Source: Raja brachyura
Lineage: Eukaryota
Length of the DNA stretch: 64,000 nucleotides
Assembly: GCA_963514005.1 (NCBI GenBank)
Contig: OY740804.1
Location: 14,880,001 to 14,944,000 of the forward strand
Reading direction: 5' to 3'
The position numbers and the translations under genes are program-made. Numbering within the stretch: the first letter of the stretch is position 1; each line of letters begins with the position of its first letter. The notes beneath the pieces are model-generated. The model searched no databases, was not told the DNA's origin, and worked only from the letters and a program-made list of their open reading frames with translations. Below, in pieces: positions 49,515-61,735 of this stretch.

Positions 49515-52455
49515 TAATAATAATAATAATAATATATTTTATTGTCATTACACATAAGTACAATGAGATTTGGTTTGCAACTTCCATCCGATGTCATAAC
49601 TTAATCGACAAATAAAATTTAGGTTTAGATACCCCGAGAACAAGGTTTATAAAAACGAACATTAGACCAGTAACATCAACACAGACTAAAGTGTGAGGCT
49701 GGGGGAGACAGTCCATGGGGGTGGGGGGGTACTCAGCAGGGCCAGTTCAGAGCCGCTATAGCTCTGGGAATGAAGCTGTTCCTGAGTCTGGAGGTGCGGG
49801 CATAGAAGGCCTTGTAACGTCTGCCGGAAGGGATTAGTTCGAACAGTCCATTACAAGGGTGAGAGGAGTCTTTATGTATGCTGATGGCCTTCCTGAGGCA
49901 CCGTGTGTGGTAGATGCCCTCCAAGGCTGGTAGCGGTGTCCCAATAATCTGTTGCGCTCTGTGGACAATGTGCTGAAGTGCTCTCCTCTCCGCCTCCGTG
50001 CAGCTGAGATACCACACAGAGATGCCATACGTTAATATGCTCTCTGTGGTGCAGCGGTAGAAGGTCGTCAGCAGCTGTTGGGGCAGACCAGTCCGTTTGA
50101 ATGTTCTTAGGAAGAACAGTCGTTGTTGTGCCTTTTGGACCAGCGCAGCGGTGTTGGTGGACTATGAGAGGTCCTCTGAGATATGAGTGCCCAGAAACTT
50201 GAAGCTGGACACTCTCTCCACACTGTCCCCGTAGATGGAGATTGGGGCGTATTCCCCATTCAGTGACGTCCTGAAGTCGATAATCAGCTCCTTGGTCTTG
50301 GAGGTGTTTAGCGACAAGTTGTTCCGTGAACACCAATCCGCCATGTTCTGCACCTCCACTCTATAGTTTGTTTCATCACCGTTGGTGATCAGCCCGATCA
50401 CCGTTGTGCCTTCTGCAAACTTGACAATGGTGTTGTTGTCAAATGCAGGGACACAGTCGTGGGTGAAGAGGGAGTAGAGCATGGGGTTCAGTACACAACC
50501 CTGTGGTGTGCCGGTGCTCAGGGTGATAGTAGAGGACAGGTGCGGCCCCAGTCTCACTACCTGCGGTCGCTCCGTCAGAAAATTCAGGATCCAATCGCAT
50601 ATCAGTGAGCTGAGGCCTAGCTGGTGGAGTTTGGTGGTGAGCTTGGTGGGGATGACTGTATTGAAGGCAGAGCTATAGTCAATGAAGAGCATCCTCACGT
50701 AGGTGCCCTGTCTTTCCAGGTGGGTCAGGACAGTGTGAAGAGCCACAGAGATGGCATCCTCTATGGATCTATTTGCCCTTTATGCAAATTGAGAATCCAA
50801 TGATGCAGGGATGCTGGATTTGATGTGGGGGAGGACCAGTCTTTCAAAGCACTTCATTGGCATTGGAGTTAGGGTAACCGGGTGGTAGTCATTCAGGTTG
50901 GTGACTTTAGACTTCTTTGGCACCGGCACTATGGTAGCTGTCTTCAGGCACATGGGGACCGTTTCCAGAGATAGAGGCAGGTTGAAGATCCTCGTAAATA
51001 CCTCCGTACAGCACAGTGCTTTAGTACCCTACCCTGGATTCCATCCGGGCCTGCAGCCTTGCGTGGATTGATCCTACGCAGAGCGCACTATACCTCCTGT
51101 GTGCTCAGTGTTAAGGCCTGTCCCTCGCCATGGTCGGGGTTGTTCCTCTCCTGGTGGTGCTGCCAGTTTCGAAGCGTGCGAAGAATGTGTTTAATTCATT
51201 GGCCAGTGTGATATCACTGTGGGGGCAGGTGGGGCTGCTCTTGTAGTCAGTGATGTCCCTGACACCCTGCCGTAAGCGTCTCGTGTCCGCGGTGTTGAAG
51301 TGGTCTTCCACCCTTTGCCTCTGGATGTCTTTGGCCTTTTTTATGCCTTTGTTCAGGTTTGACCTGGCAGCACTGTAGGCAGAAGTGTCCCTGGATTTAA
51401 AGGCAATGTTGTGTGCCCTTAGCAGATTCTGAACCTCCTCGTTCATCCACGGTTTCTGGTTTGGGAACATCTTTATTTGCTTGTCCACTGTGACAGTCTC
51501 CACACAGCAGTTGATGTAGGAGAGCACAGTGGATGTGTACTACTCCAGGTCTACCTCTGTGCCACTGGTAGCCTGTTGTGCAAACAGGTCCCAGTCGGTG
51601 CGATCAAAGCAGTCCTGGAGTTGTAGGGTGGCGTCCTCGGGCCATATTTTGACCGTCTTTATTGCAGGTTTGGTCTTGCGGATGAGGGGTTTGTATGCAG
51701 GCAGTAGAAACAGTGAGAGGTGATCGGATTGTCCCAGGGATGGGCAGGGGAGGGCTCTGTACGCGTCCTTGATGTTGGTGTGCACTTTATCCAGCGTGTT
51801 TGAGCCCCTGGTAGGGCACTGCACATGCTGGTGGGATTTGCGGAGTGCAGCTCGTAGGTCCACCTGATTAAAGTCCTCTGCAACAATGAAGGCACCATCG
51901 GGGTGAGCATCCTGCTGCTTTCTGATGGCCGAGTGCAGCTATGCTAATGCTAGGTTAGCATTAGCCTGTGGTGGGATGTGTATGGCCATGATGATAATCA
52001 CAGTAAACTCCCAAGGCAGTTAAAACGGCCTACATTTAAGCAGTAGGTATTCCAGGTCTGGGGAACAGTAGCTTTCTACTGCAGTGTGGTTGGTGCACCA
52101 GTCCTTGTTGATATAGATGCAGAGCCCGCCGCCCATGCTTTTACCGGAGTCCTTTGGTCTCTCAGCACGATACAGTGACCGGCCGGTTAAGTCCACAGCC
52201 CCGTCGGGAACCAGCGCGCTGAGCCAGGTCTCTGTGAAGATCAGCACACAGCAGTCTTTCAGGGATCGCTGGGTGTTGATCTTCACAGAGACCTGGCTCA
52301 GCTGGGTGTTGATCCAGAGCCTCACCTCATCCAGCTTGTTGGTGAGTGACCGGACATTCGATGGAAAGACGCTTGGTAGCGATGGTCTTTGTGGAGCCCT
52401 CCGTAGCCTGTCCTGCACCGCCGCTCACCTTCCACGTTTCTGCTTCCTCTCCCGG
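49515..52455 (-). mobile_element. near full-length Rex1/Babar LINE, decayed
   Basis: [83 protein letters not shown] (FADD mutated), PSGRRY; (TTA)n tail. Confidence 0.93.
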
Positions 52456-53888
52456 TGCATTACCACATCCACGCTCTACTCCTCCAGGTCTGGGAAAACG
52501 ATCTCCCCTCAGAACTCAGTGATGCTCTAATAGTGACCATTTTCAAGAAGGGGGACAAGGCTGAATGTGGAAACTACAGGGGCATCTCGCTCTTGTCAAC
52601 AACAGGCAAAGTCCTTGTTTGTGTCCTCGCAAACCAACTTCTACCACTGTCTGAAGAGGTACTTCCAGAATCACAGTGTGGCTTCCGCCCATCTAGAGGT
52701 ACAGCAGCCATGATATTCACAGCATGCCAACTCCAGGGAAAATGTTGTGAACAAAAGCAGCCTTTGTGCATGGCCTTCATGGAGCTGATAAAGGCTTTTG
52801 ACTCGGTAGACCATATTATCAAGGTATGGTTGCCATGACAAGTACATCAGAATATTGAGGCCACTACATGATGGCACGTTGGTCATAGTGCTCAGCAACT
52901 GCGGCTCTGAGTCCAAGTCCTTCACTGTGGAAACGGGGGTCAATCAGGAATGCATCATTGCACCCATCCCGTTTGTCATCTTCATTGCTGCCATACTTCA
53001 CCTCATTAGTGAAGAGCTGCCACAGGGGATCCCAATCCGCTACAGAACTGACGGTGGGCTCTTTAACCTTAATAAGTTGAAGGCCAAGAGCAAAGTCAGT
53101 GACACCGCCATCATGGAGCTTCAGTATGCGGACGACTGCGCCATTGCAACACACTCCGCAGAAGACCTCCACGACACCCTGAATGCCTTTGCCAAGGCAT
53201 ACAGAGCCATGGGCCTAGCCTTAAACATCAAGAAGACCCAGGTCCTACATCAACCTCCACCCAACTAGCCATCTACCCAGCCCACTATAAAAGTGGACGA
53301 CTATAAAAGCTGACATCGACTCTGAGGTCAACCATCGCCAGAGTTGTGCCAGTGAAGCCTACGCCAGACTCGGGAAAGAGTCTTTCAAGACCGAGAGATA
53401 AAGGCTAAAAAAAAACATGCTGGTTTACAGAGCCGTTATCCTCCCCACTCTGTTGTATGGAGCTGAGTCATGGACCACTTACAGCAGGCACCTGAGAGCC
53501 CACAGCGGGGTCAAAGAAACGTTTCAGGGACAACATCAAGAGTCAAGAGTGTTTTATTGTCGTATGTCCTGGATGGGCAATGAAATTCCACATCACATCG
53601 AGCAACTGGGAGCACATTGCACTGGACAAGCGCTCCTAGAGGAAATCCGTGCAGGAAGAAACTGCATGTCATGAAACGGAACTACGCCGTGTCGCAGAGA
53701 CAAAGCGACGGCACCATAAGGAGAGAAAGAAGGGGGCTCGACGACTACCAACCACCGCCAGTCTCCACTGCACGCATTGCACCAAAGTGTGCGCATCGGC
53801 CTCTACAGACATCTGCAGACCCACAAATAGACAACCGTATGGAGAGGAGAGGCCAGTCATACTCGTTTAGAGTGACCGCAGATGATGA
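52456..53888 (+). mobile_element. RTE-clade LINE, 3' part (RT and C-terminus), continuing 45470-46589 and 49490-49514
   Basis: IVTIFKKGDKAECGNYRGISLLS, LPESQCGFRP.RGT..MIF, KAFDSV, LQYADD, YRAVILPTLLYGAESWT; GATGATGA tail. Confidence 0.92.
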
Positions 53889-54425
53889 GCAATATATCAA
53901 TGTACTGGAATAAAGAGTTAAGGAAAGAGATTCTGAGTATGACTGAAATAAGGAATATCAATATCACTCATCTCTAATCATGTTTAAAAATGTGTTTTTC
54001 TGTTTAGTGCGTCACACTGATAACTTTACACATTTCCATATTGCATCACATCCGCCCTGTTCTTCCCACTTACTCAGTCATGAGCACCTGAGAGGCCTAG
54101 CCTCGCAGAAACCAGGTGGGCGCCAAGTGTGAAGCACCACAGCATATTAGGGGCTTTCCAAGAGGGCGGTGGAGGCAGGTTCTCCGGATGCTTTCAAGAG
54201 AGAGCTAGATAGGCCTCTTAAAGATAGCGGAGTCAGGGGATATGGGGAGAAGGCAGGAACGGAGTACTAATTGGGCATGATCAGCCATGATCACATTGAA
54301 TGGCAGTTCTGGCTCGAAGGGCCTTATGGCCTACTCCTGTGCCTATTGTCTATTGGGTCTAACTTAACTGAATTCTGCTCAAGATGTATATCCCTATGCT
54401 TTACCCTTACTAAGCTGAATAAATA

Positions 54426-54691
54426 CAGTGCATTCAGAAAGTATTCAGACCCCTTCACTTTTTCCACATTTTGTTACGTTACAGCCTTATTTTAAAATGG
54501 ATCAATGCTTCCTTTTTTTATCATCAATCTACACACAATAGCCCTGAATGAAAAAGCGAAAACAGGTGTTTAGAAATGTTTGCAAAGTTATTAAAAATAA
54601 ATAACTGAAATATCACATTTACATATGTATTCAGACCCTTTACTCAGTACTTTGTTGAGGCACCTTTGGCTGTGATTACAGCCTCAAGTCT
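54426..54691 (+). mobile_element. solo left end of a second Tc1-family (IR/DR) element
   Basis: TA + CAGTGCATTCAGAAAGTATTCAGACCCC with inner repeat GTATTCAGACCC at ~54627; no matching right end seen. Confidence 0.8.
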
Positions 54692-55719
54692 AAGGGGTTG
54701 GGAAAGATAAAAAATTTCACATATTCAAATATGTTGTTACGAATATAACTAGTAGTGTAGGCGAAAACTCCATGAGCCATAATTGCCACATACATACCCA
54801 AAAGTAGAAATGTAGAAAGTTACAGTGTCTCCTTGTACCAATCAAGTGAGAAATTCAAAATTCTATATTTTGAAAATGGGCAAAGCAAAAAGTAGCATGT
54901 TCTCTAAAAAGGCTTATCCTAAAATAATTGATCAGGAGGGTGTGATTTTCAGTCAGTACGTCTGTATCAATCAGTCAGTGAGCTCACGGTCCGGAACCCT
55001 TCTCTATTACCCCACTACATAAAAACAAAGTGTTAATGCCTCTTCAAGGTCTACTAATCCACCCGTAGCTTCAGTTGCAGGTACAGCTGAATGGATTTGG
55101 CGCTTGGGCGACGCTATGAATGTATATGAATTTTTAAAATCCGATATGTTTAAATCATTCAAAAGCTACAACCACAACGTGATAAATAATACTAAATAAA
55201 ACTGAAGCAAATAAAGGCAAACAGAAGAACTAACCTTGAAGGTGAGAGAAAACAACACACATAAACTTATTTTTAAAAATTCATATAACATCCCTAAATG
55301 ACGGGTACAAATTACTAAATAACGTGGGTGAACAAAAATGCTGGAGAAACTCAGAGAGTTAGATGCTGCCTCACCCGCTGAGTTTCTCCAGCATTTTTGT
55401 CCACTTTCGATTGTTCCAGCATTTGCAGGTTAGCGGGCCAGGCGGCATCTGCGGAGGGAACGGACCAGGAGCCGCCACGGCCAGGGCTCCCCCCGCCCCC
55501 CCAACAGGAAGGAACCGCAGATGCAGCGTCTCTGCAAAATGCCGAATGATTCCGGGAATGCTGAGGCGAGAGGGTCAGAGAGGGAGTGATGGAGCGAGAG
55601 AGAGACGAGATGGGGAGCGCGAGAGAGCGTGCCAGATAGAGAGGGAAGGAAGGAGAGGTTGAAATGCAGATAGACACAGTGAGAGAGGGAGAGATGGAGA
55701 GAGAGGGAAGAGAGCGAGA

Positions 55720-55795
55720 GAATAATAAAATAACGTGGAATAATAAAATAACCTGGAATAATAAAATAACCTGGAATAATAAAATAACGTAACTT
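55720..55795. repeat. 18-bp minisatellite (AATAATAAAATAAC(G/C)TGG) x~4
   Basis: directly visible tandem copies. Confidence 0.85.
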
Positions 55796-56481
55796 TACCT
55801 GCACACCAGTAGAAGTCCCTGCTCGCGGTCCGGAGCCTTGTCAGTGAGTTTTAAGAAATTCCCCCGTGAATTGTATTCAAAGGAACGCGGCGTCATTAAT
55901 ACATGGTCAAAACACAATTACATTTACTGAGGAATGTGGATCAATGTATTGGTGACACATTGTATAACTGTTAAGTGCTAACACTGGTAGTTAACAAATC
56001 GTTTTCGTGTCATGGCCGATGCAGTGGTGACTCGTAACGATTATCCATGGTCGTTTAAAAAGAAAATCCGTATTTAACAACTCTGACTCCCTTCTTGTAC
56101 GGAAATTGGACATAAACTGAAAAGTAGGGGAACGCTGTCTACCTGCGTACCCCCCCATTTCCATTACTGAAAATATACTAGTTCTGTATTTTTAGTTTAA
56201 AATGGTGCTGGATGTGTTTTTACTGAGCAACAGATCAAATAACTACATTGCCTCTCTACCTAAGGGAAGAGGCTGTAACCTTGTTTGTAGAGAAAATGTG
56301 TTTTATGTTTTAAGTACAGCTAGGAATAAATGTACTAAATTTGAGCTGAATAAATTTTAAGATTTGATATTACGAAAAAGAAACTAAAGTTTGACTAATT
56401 AAAAAAATGTTACATTGAACCAGCTTTAGAGTATAGCTTCTCTGTGTCAGCATCCATTTATGAACATTTTTATATTTGTAG

Positions 56482-56569
56482 AGGAGGCTGCATTGGCACT
56501 TGGTAGGAAACGGCCAGCATCTAGTGCACGCACTCAGCAGGAAGAGGAAATGGACGACATTAATGTTGG
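56482..56569 (+). CDS. SYCP3-like next coding exon (88 bp): (E)EAALALGRKRPASSARTQQEEEMDDINV(G)
   Basis: acceptor tttttatatttgtAG (56480-56481), donor gg|GTatga (56570); phase 1 start matches the 38151 donor with an open frame; basic RKR, acidic run, then VG, as in SYCP3 just before the (G/N)EVQ.ML motif. Confidence 0.7.
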
Positions 56570-57324
56570 GTATGACAAGCTGAACAATAATTTTGTTGAA
56601 TTTTTATAGATTTTGTAGTTGATGCGGAATATAGTGAACATTGATACAGATCTCTGCTATCTTGCTTAAAGCTCAGGATATGTTATCCAGGATTGAGAAA
56701 AGCAGTACAATCAAATGTAAAAGTGGAAATTATAGCATTACATATAGAGTGAGACACGTTACCAATAGCTGCTGTACTAAGAAACTGGCATAGACTAATG
56801 TCTTCACTGCTGCTGCACACTGCATACCAGGAATTTAGTTGAGGACTCCTGTAAAATGAAACGGTTAAAGTAATCTAATGGCCATGCAGCATCATTTAAA
56901 ATGAGTCAAGGTCATGTGCAGAGGTTGCCTGTGAGGGCTGGTTTTAGGTAGGCTGGGGTAAATGAAGCACATGCTCAGCATTGAGATGCAAGGCTTGCAT
57001 GCTGAGTATGGGCGCCATTGGGATATCTGCTCCATATTTTGTCTTCTGTCTGAATCGTATGGTCTTTATCAATAATTCTTGTTGGAGGTGTTGGAAACTA
57101 TTGCTCCACCCATTTATTTACTGGATGCATAATTTTTTTCCAGCCTGTGACTTCTTCATGGAACAAGCTTAACACCCACAACAACCATTGAATTTGTTAG
57201 CATGGAAAAATTTCTGGGTTATGAGAGCCCTGATTCTTGATACATAGTGTATTCCTGAACCCTGCGTCTCAAGGCTGAGTAGCTACACTGCTCGCCTTGG
57301 CTCACCCAACATCAGCTCTCAAAT

Positions 57325-57830
57325 AGAAACAGAAAAACTGCAGATGTTGGAATCCTGAAGTGCTGGAGGAACTCAGCAGGTCTGGTAACATCTATGGAGA
57401 AAATGCATAGATGTTTAGGGTCAGGAATTCTCCACTTTCAAGTGATGTCACCCTACTCCTTCCCCTTCTTTCACACACTTATCTCAGTCCCAATTCCCCC
57501 ATGTCCTTTCGGTCTCCCCTTTTTCCTTTCCCCTTTCTATCCATATCCCTCCCTCCAGTTTTACATTTCACTCCTTTTATCACCTTGTCTGACACTCATT
57601 TGTCTCCTTTTCACCTCTAGTCTTGTCATTTACTACACCTATCTGCCAATAAATCCCCCCTCACCTGCATTCACTTGCTGGGCTTTGTTCTGCCCCCACC
57701 TCTGCTTTCCAGTGCCCTGTCCCCTACTTCTGTCAGTGCGAAAAAGGGTCCCAAACTAAAACATTACGTATATATCCATTCCCTCCACAGATGCTGCCTG
57801 ACCTGCTGAGTTCCTATAACACTTTGTGAT
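57325..57830 (+). mobile_element. decayed Penelope-derived element with inverted termini
   Basis: ctgcagatgttggaatc..gtgctggaggaactcagcagg at the left end and its inverse gatgctgcctgacctgctgagttcct at the right end. Confidence 0.6.
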
Positions 57831-59339
57831 CAGCTTTCACATGCAGCCTTTATGTCTCAGAAATTAGCACCACATGAAGCCTCGTGATGATGAGATCACT
57901 GTTGTATTGCTGTAGGAGCACAATGCAGACTGAACAGATGTATTTTTAACGTACTAAGAGAATATACCTGTCCGTGTTCAGTTTCCAGGGCTAAGAGAGC
58001 TGTTATGAATGAGTGCTCTGCGGAGTAGCACAAACCGTTGTACCATTTTATATTTGAATTCAAGGATAAAACTGGAATTGAGAGTAATAGGACATTCGTT
58101 CAAAAAATGTGCAAACAAACATGAAGAGGAAAGGTCTGTGTTTGGTTATTATTTGAATAACCTAATGTAATTTCTGATTTTTTGCATTTGACACTTATTA
58201 TCTACCTAATTATCTAGCTAATTATCACAACATTCAATAAAAAATAAGACAAGTTTAATGATGGGGTATCGGTAATTTAGTTTAATTTATTATTGCCATG
58301 TGTACCGAGATACAGTGAAAATACTTGCTATCTGGTCAAATCATATTGTACATGGGTACAATTATGCACAAGTAAAAGAGTGAAAATACTGTAAGTAGAT
58401 CCTCTTCTGGGATAGCCAGCAAAGAGTCGCCTAGCTCCGGAGCCATCTTTCAACTTTTGAGTCTCAAGTCTCTGAAAAGTCCAATCTTGGCCAAAGGAGA
58501 TATGCACATTTTTATTGCTTCACTTTAAACCTCAGTGACCTGGTGGCACTGAATCGATGAAATAGAGGTTGGCCTGGCCCAACACGATGCTGTCACCTCC
58601 TTCTACCTCCCCTGTTCAATCTGCTTGATCACCGGGCTTCTGTAGGGTCTCCAGTAGCCACCTTCACCAACAACTATGCCATCCATTGCCTCCCACAGCC
58701 ACACCTCCACTTCCTTCTGCCAAGGAATTTTAGAGCGCTTTCTGAGGTTGTGGGAGGTGAACTCCCAGATTGTTCATCGCTACTGACTTTCCCTTGTACC
58801 TTCCATTGCCACCATCCTGAGAATGTTGTTGAGAAAATGTCCTAATCTTTTTTTTCACATTAATTTAATCCTTGAGTGCGTGAGTACAAATAGTTAAAGC
58901 CAGAGAAACAATTTCAACAATTACGTTTGATAAATAGAAATACACATCCAACTAGTTAATGGCAGGCAGTTGGAGGGCAGATGTACTAAGGACGAAATGC
59001 AGTATTTTGAGGAACAATTAAAAGTCCTGTTACCCCCTGACTGCCAACTCGATTAAAAAGTGCCAGATAAGGCCTGAACTTGACAGCTGGGGACCGGAGG
59101 AAGTGATCCCTGAGAGATAAATTATAAAGGTTAGCCTGAAGATCACAGTGAGATTACAGATATTATCAAATCAGGAGATGAAAAGCCAGCTGCGGTGGAG
59201 AAGTTCAATGATTGATAGAAAGTTTCCTGCCCCTCCTCATACAAAGAACAACTCTAAAAGCATAAAGACTAACATACCACTTTTTCTTCTTATCACTTGC
59301 TGCACCTGCATCAACAACACATTTAATTAAACAAGTAGT

Positions 59340-59491
59340 AGGAAAGAACTGCAGACTGGTTTAGATCGAAGGTAGACACAAAATGCTGGAGTAATTCAAC
59401 GGGACAGGCAGCATCTCTGGAGAGGAATTAAACAGGGTGATGTTTCGGGTCAAGACCCTTCTTCAGTCTACAGCGTTTTGTGTCTACCTTT
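59340..59491 (-). mobile_element. short Penelope-derived insert with hammerhead core
   Basis: 14-bp TSD ATTAAACAAGTAGT (59326-59339 and 59492-59505); minus-strand CTGAAGA-a-gggt[cttg]accc-GAAA-c-ATC at ~59435-59466. Confidence 0.8.
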
Positions 59492-60699
59492 ATTAAACAA
59501 GTAGTCTTCTATTACATTCACCAAAATGGATGAATTCATATTTTTCTGCATTATATTCCATCTGCCATATTGTTCCCACTCACCTTATTCATAATCCCCC
59601 AAAGCCTAATTTCATCCTCTTCCATACAATCCTACCTAGATTAGTAATATCAGGCTTAGAAATAGAACATTTGGTTCCCTTAACTAAATTGTTGATATAG
59701 TTTGTGAATAGCTGGGGTCCAAATGCTGACACCTGCAACACCGTAATGCTCACAGCCTGTCTAAGAAAGATTCCTACATTTGTTTTCTGACTGTTCCTTA
59801 ATTCTCATGGAGTCGTATAGCACAGAATATTTCCGTCAGCCCACTATGCCGTGCTAACTACCAATACCAGTCTATACTAACCCTTTTACAAGCTTGGTCT
59901 GAAATTTTCCATGCCTTAGTTAAATGCTCACGTGGATTAATCTTAAATATTGTGAGAGCACCTGCCCCTGTCACCCCTTCGTGTCAAATATATCAGGCAG
60001 GTTTTGTTTGTTTTCCTTCATGAAGACAAAATACGACATAATTTCTTAACTTCTCTGCTATTTCCTTATTTCCTATTGTACATTCTTCTTTGTTCATCTG
60101 TAAGAGGCCTACTTTTACCTGCAGGTCTTTCAATTTGTACATACTTATGAAAGTTCTTATAGTTCATTTTTATGTTTGTTGCCAATCTATCCTCCTATTT
60201 CATCTTGCATTCCTTCATCTATCTCTTGCCAACTTTAATCTCTCTTGTTAACCATAGATGAATTACTTTTCCTTTTGTGCCTTTATGTCACTTCTTCTGT
60301 AGTTTGTGTATTTTTTCTTTTCGTGTTAGGCATTGTTTGTCCACAGTCATTCCTTTCAATATGTTCTCCAAATCCACTACAGCCAACTTACCTTCCTTAC
60401 CTCATAGATTCCTGTGTTTAGATTTAAGACCCTTATTTTGCATTGAAAGACATTGCTTTCAAACTTAATTTAAAATTATATCATGTTAAAGTCATTATTT
60501 CCCAAAAGGAAATTATAATCATGAGAGAACAGGGCTAGTTTTCCTATTGCAATAAAGATGGAGTAGGTTTAATAAAGGGATTTAAATTAAGGATAATTTT
60601 TTTTAAAAGCTCCTTCGCTAGCAACAGAAACGGGTAGGAGGTAGGGCAGACAGGGACCATTATACATGACAACAACTGACCAATGCTATATACAGGTAA

Positions 60700-61735
60700 T
60701 AGCAATGTTACAAAATTTTGAGATTTTAAAAATCAAGTCTGCAATTTATCCCATCAGGTAAAGCATAACAAGAAGTTTAATTTGACACCTAATTTACTTT
60801 CATATCTTCAGTATTAAGAAAGTTATGGCCATTTTCATGCTCGGAAATGAGTATCTTGCTTCCCATTGCCTTTCAATTGACTTAACTCAAAAGCTGTGAT
60901 CTGGAAAAATTAAAAGCCCATAACTTTATTAAAAATTAAGAGAACTCAATGAAATTTTCAGTCATTATAGATTGAAGCATTCTGAAACAAATATTAAACA
61001 ATCTTACTTGGATTACCTGAAATTAAAGTATATAATTAGTTAGTTATCTAATTGTAGCTAATTACAAAATTCAATGAGTAGATCCAAACATCTATCAATT
61101 TCTTAAGAAAAGATAAACTTTTTTTTAATTGCCTAAGTGTCCAAATAACATTCACACAATAATCCACAATATAACATAATTTTTAAATCTCATTTTCATG
61201 AATTTCTGGGCCAAATGGAAGGAATTTAGTGTTTACTGCCTGTAAATAAATGGCCATTTAAATCAACTAGCGAGTGGGTTTTAGCGGAATGCGGTGGATT
61301 GGAACGTTGCGGTTAGCGGTGAAGTAGGGAGGGAAAATACTGGGGGTTCATACATTTTTTGGGGAACCCATTTCGCAACATTAAAATAGTATTTATGCCT
61401 CCCAAAAAACCAACTTTTAATTAAAAAATTAAGTATTTACCTTTTTTTCTCCCCTACGGAAAATGCTTCCGGTGGTCTGCGGTCACGGCTTTTGAAGGTG
61501 ATTTTTAAATTACTCTAGTTAACAAATAACTTAGAGTAATTTAAAAAATACCTTAATGGATGAAATGTCGGAGCGATTTTTCTTCCGCAATTAAATCGCC
61601 CGACATTCATCGATTATCCTGGTCTGGTGAAAATCGGCACTTTAAGCCCGCCCCCCTCTGACAGGCGCTAAAGTCGCGCACACGGGGAGCGGCAGAAGTG
61701 CAACGCCGCTAAAGGTAAGTTTTGTAACATACCTA
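60700..61735 (+). mobile_element. 7-bp-TSD DNA transposon, copy 4 (same subfamily as copy 1)
   Basis: TAGCAATGTTACAAAA...TTTTGTAACATACCTA; TSD CAGGTAA at 60693-60699 and 61736-61742; inserted in an older MITE also seen at ~11695-11790. Confidence 0.93.
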
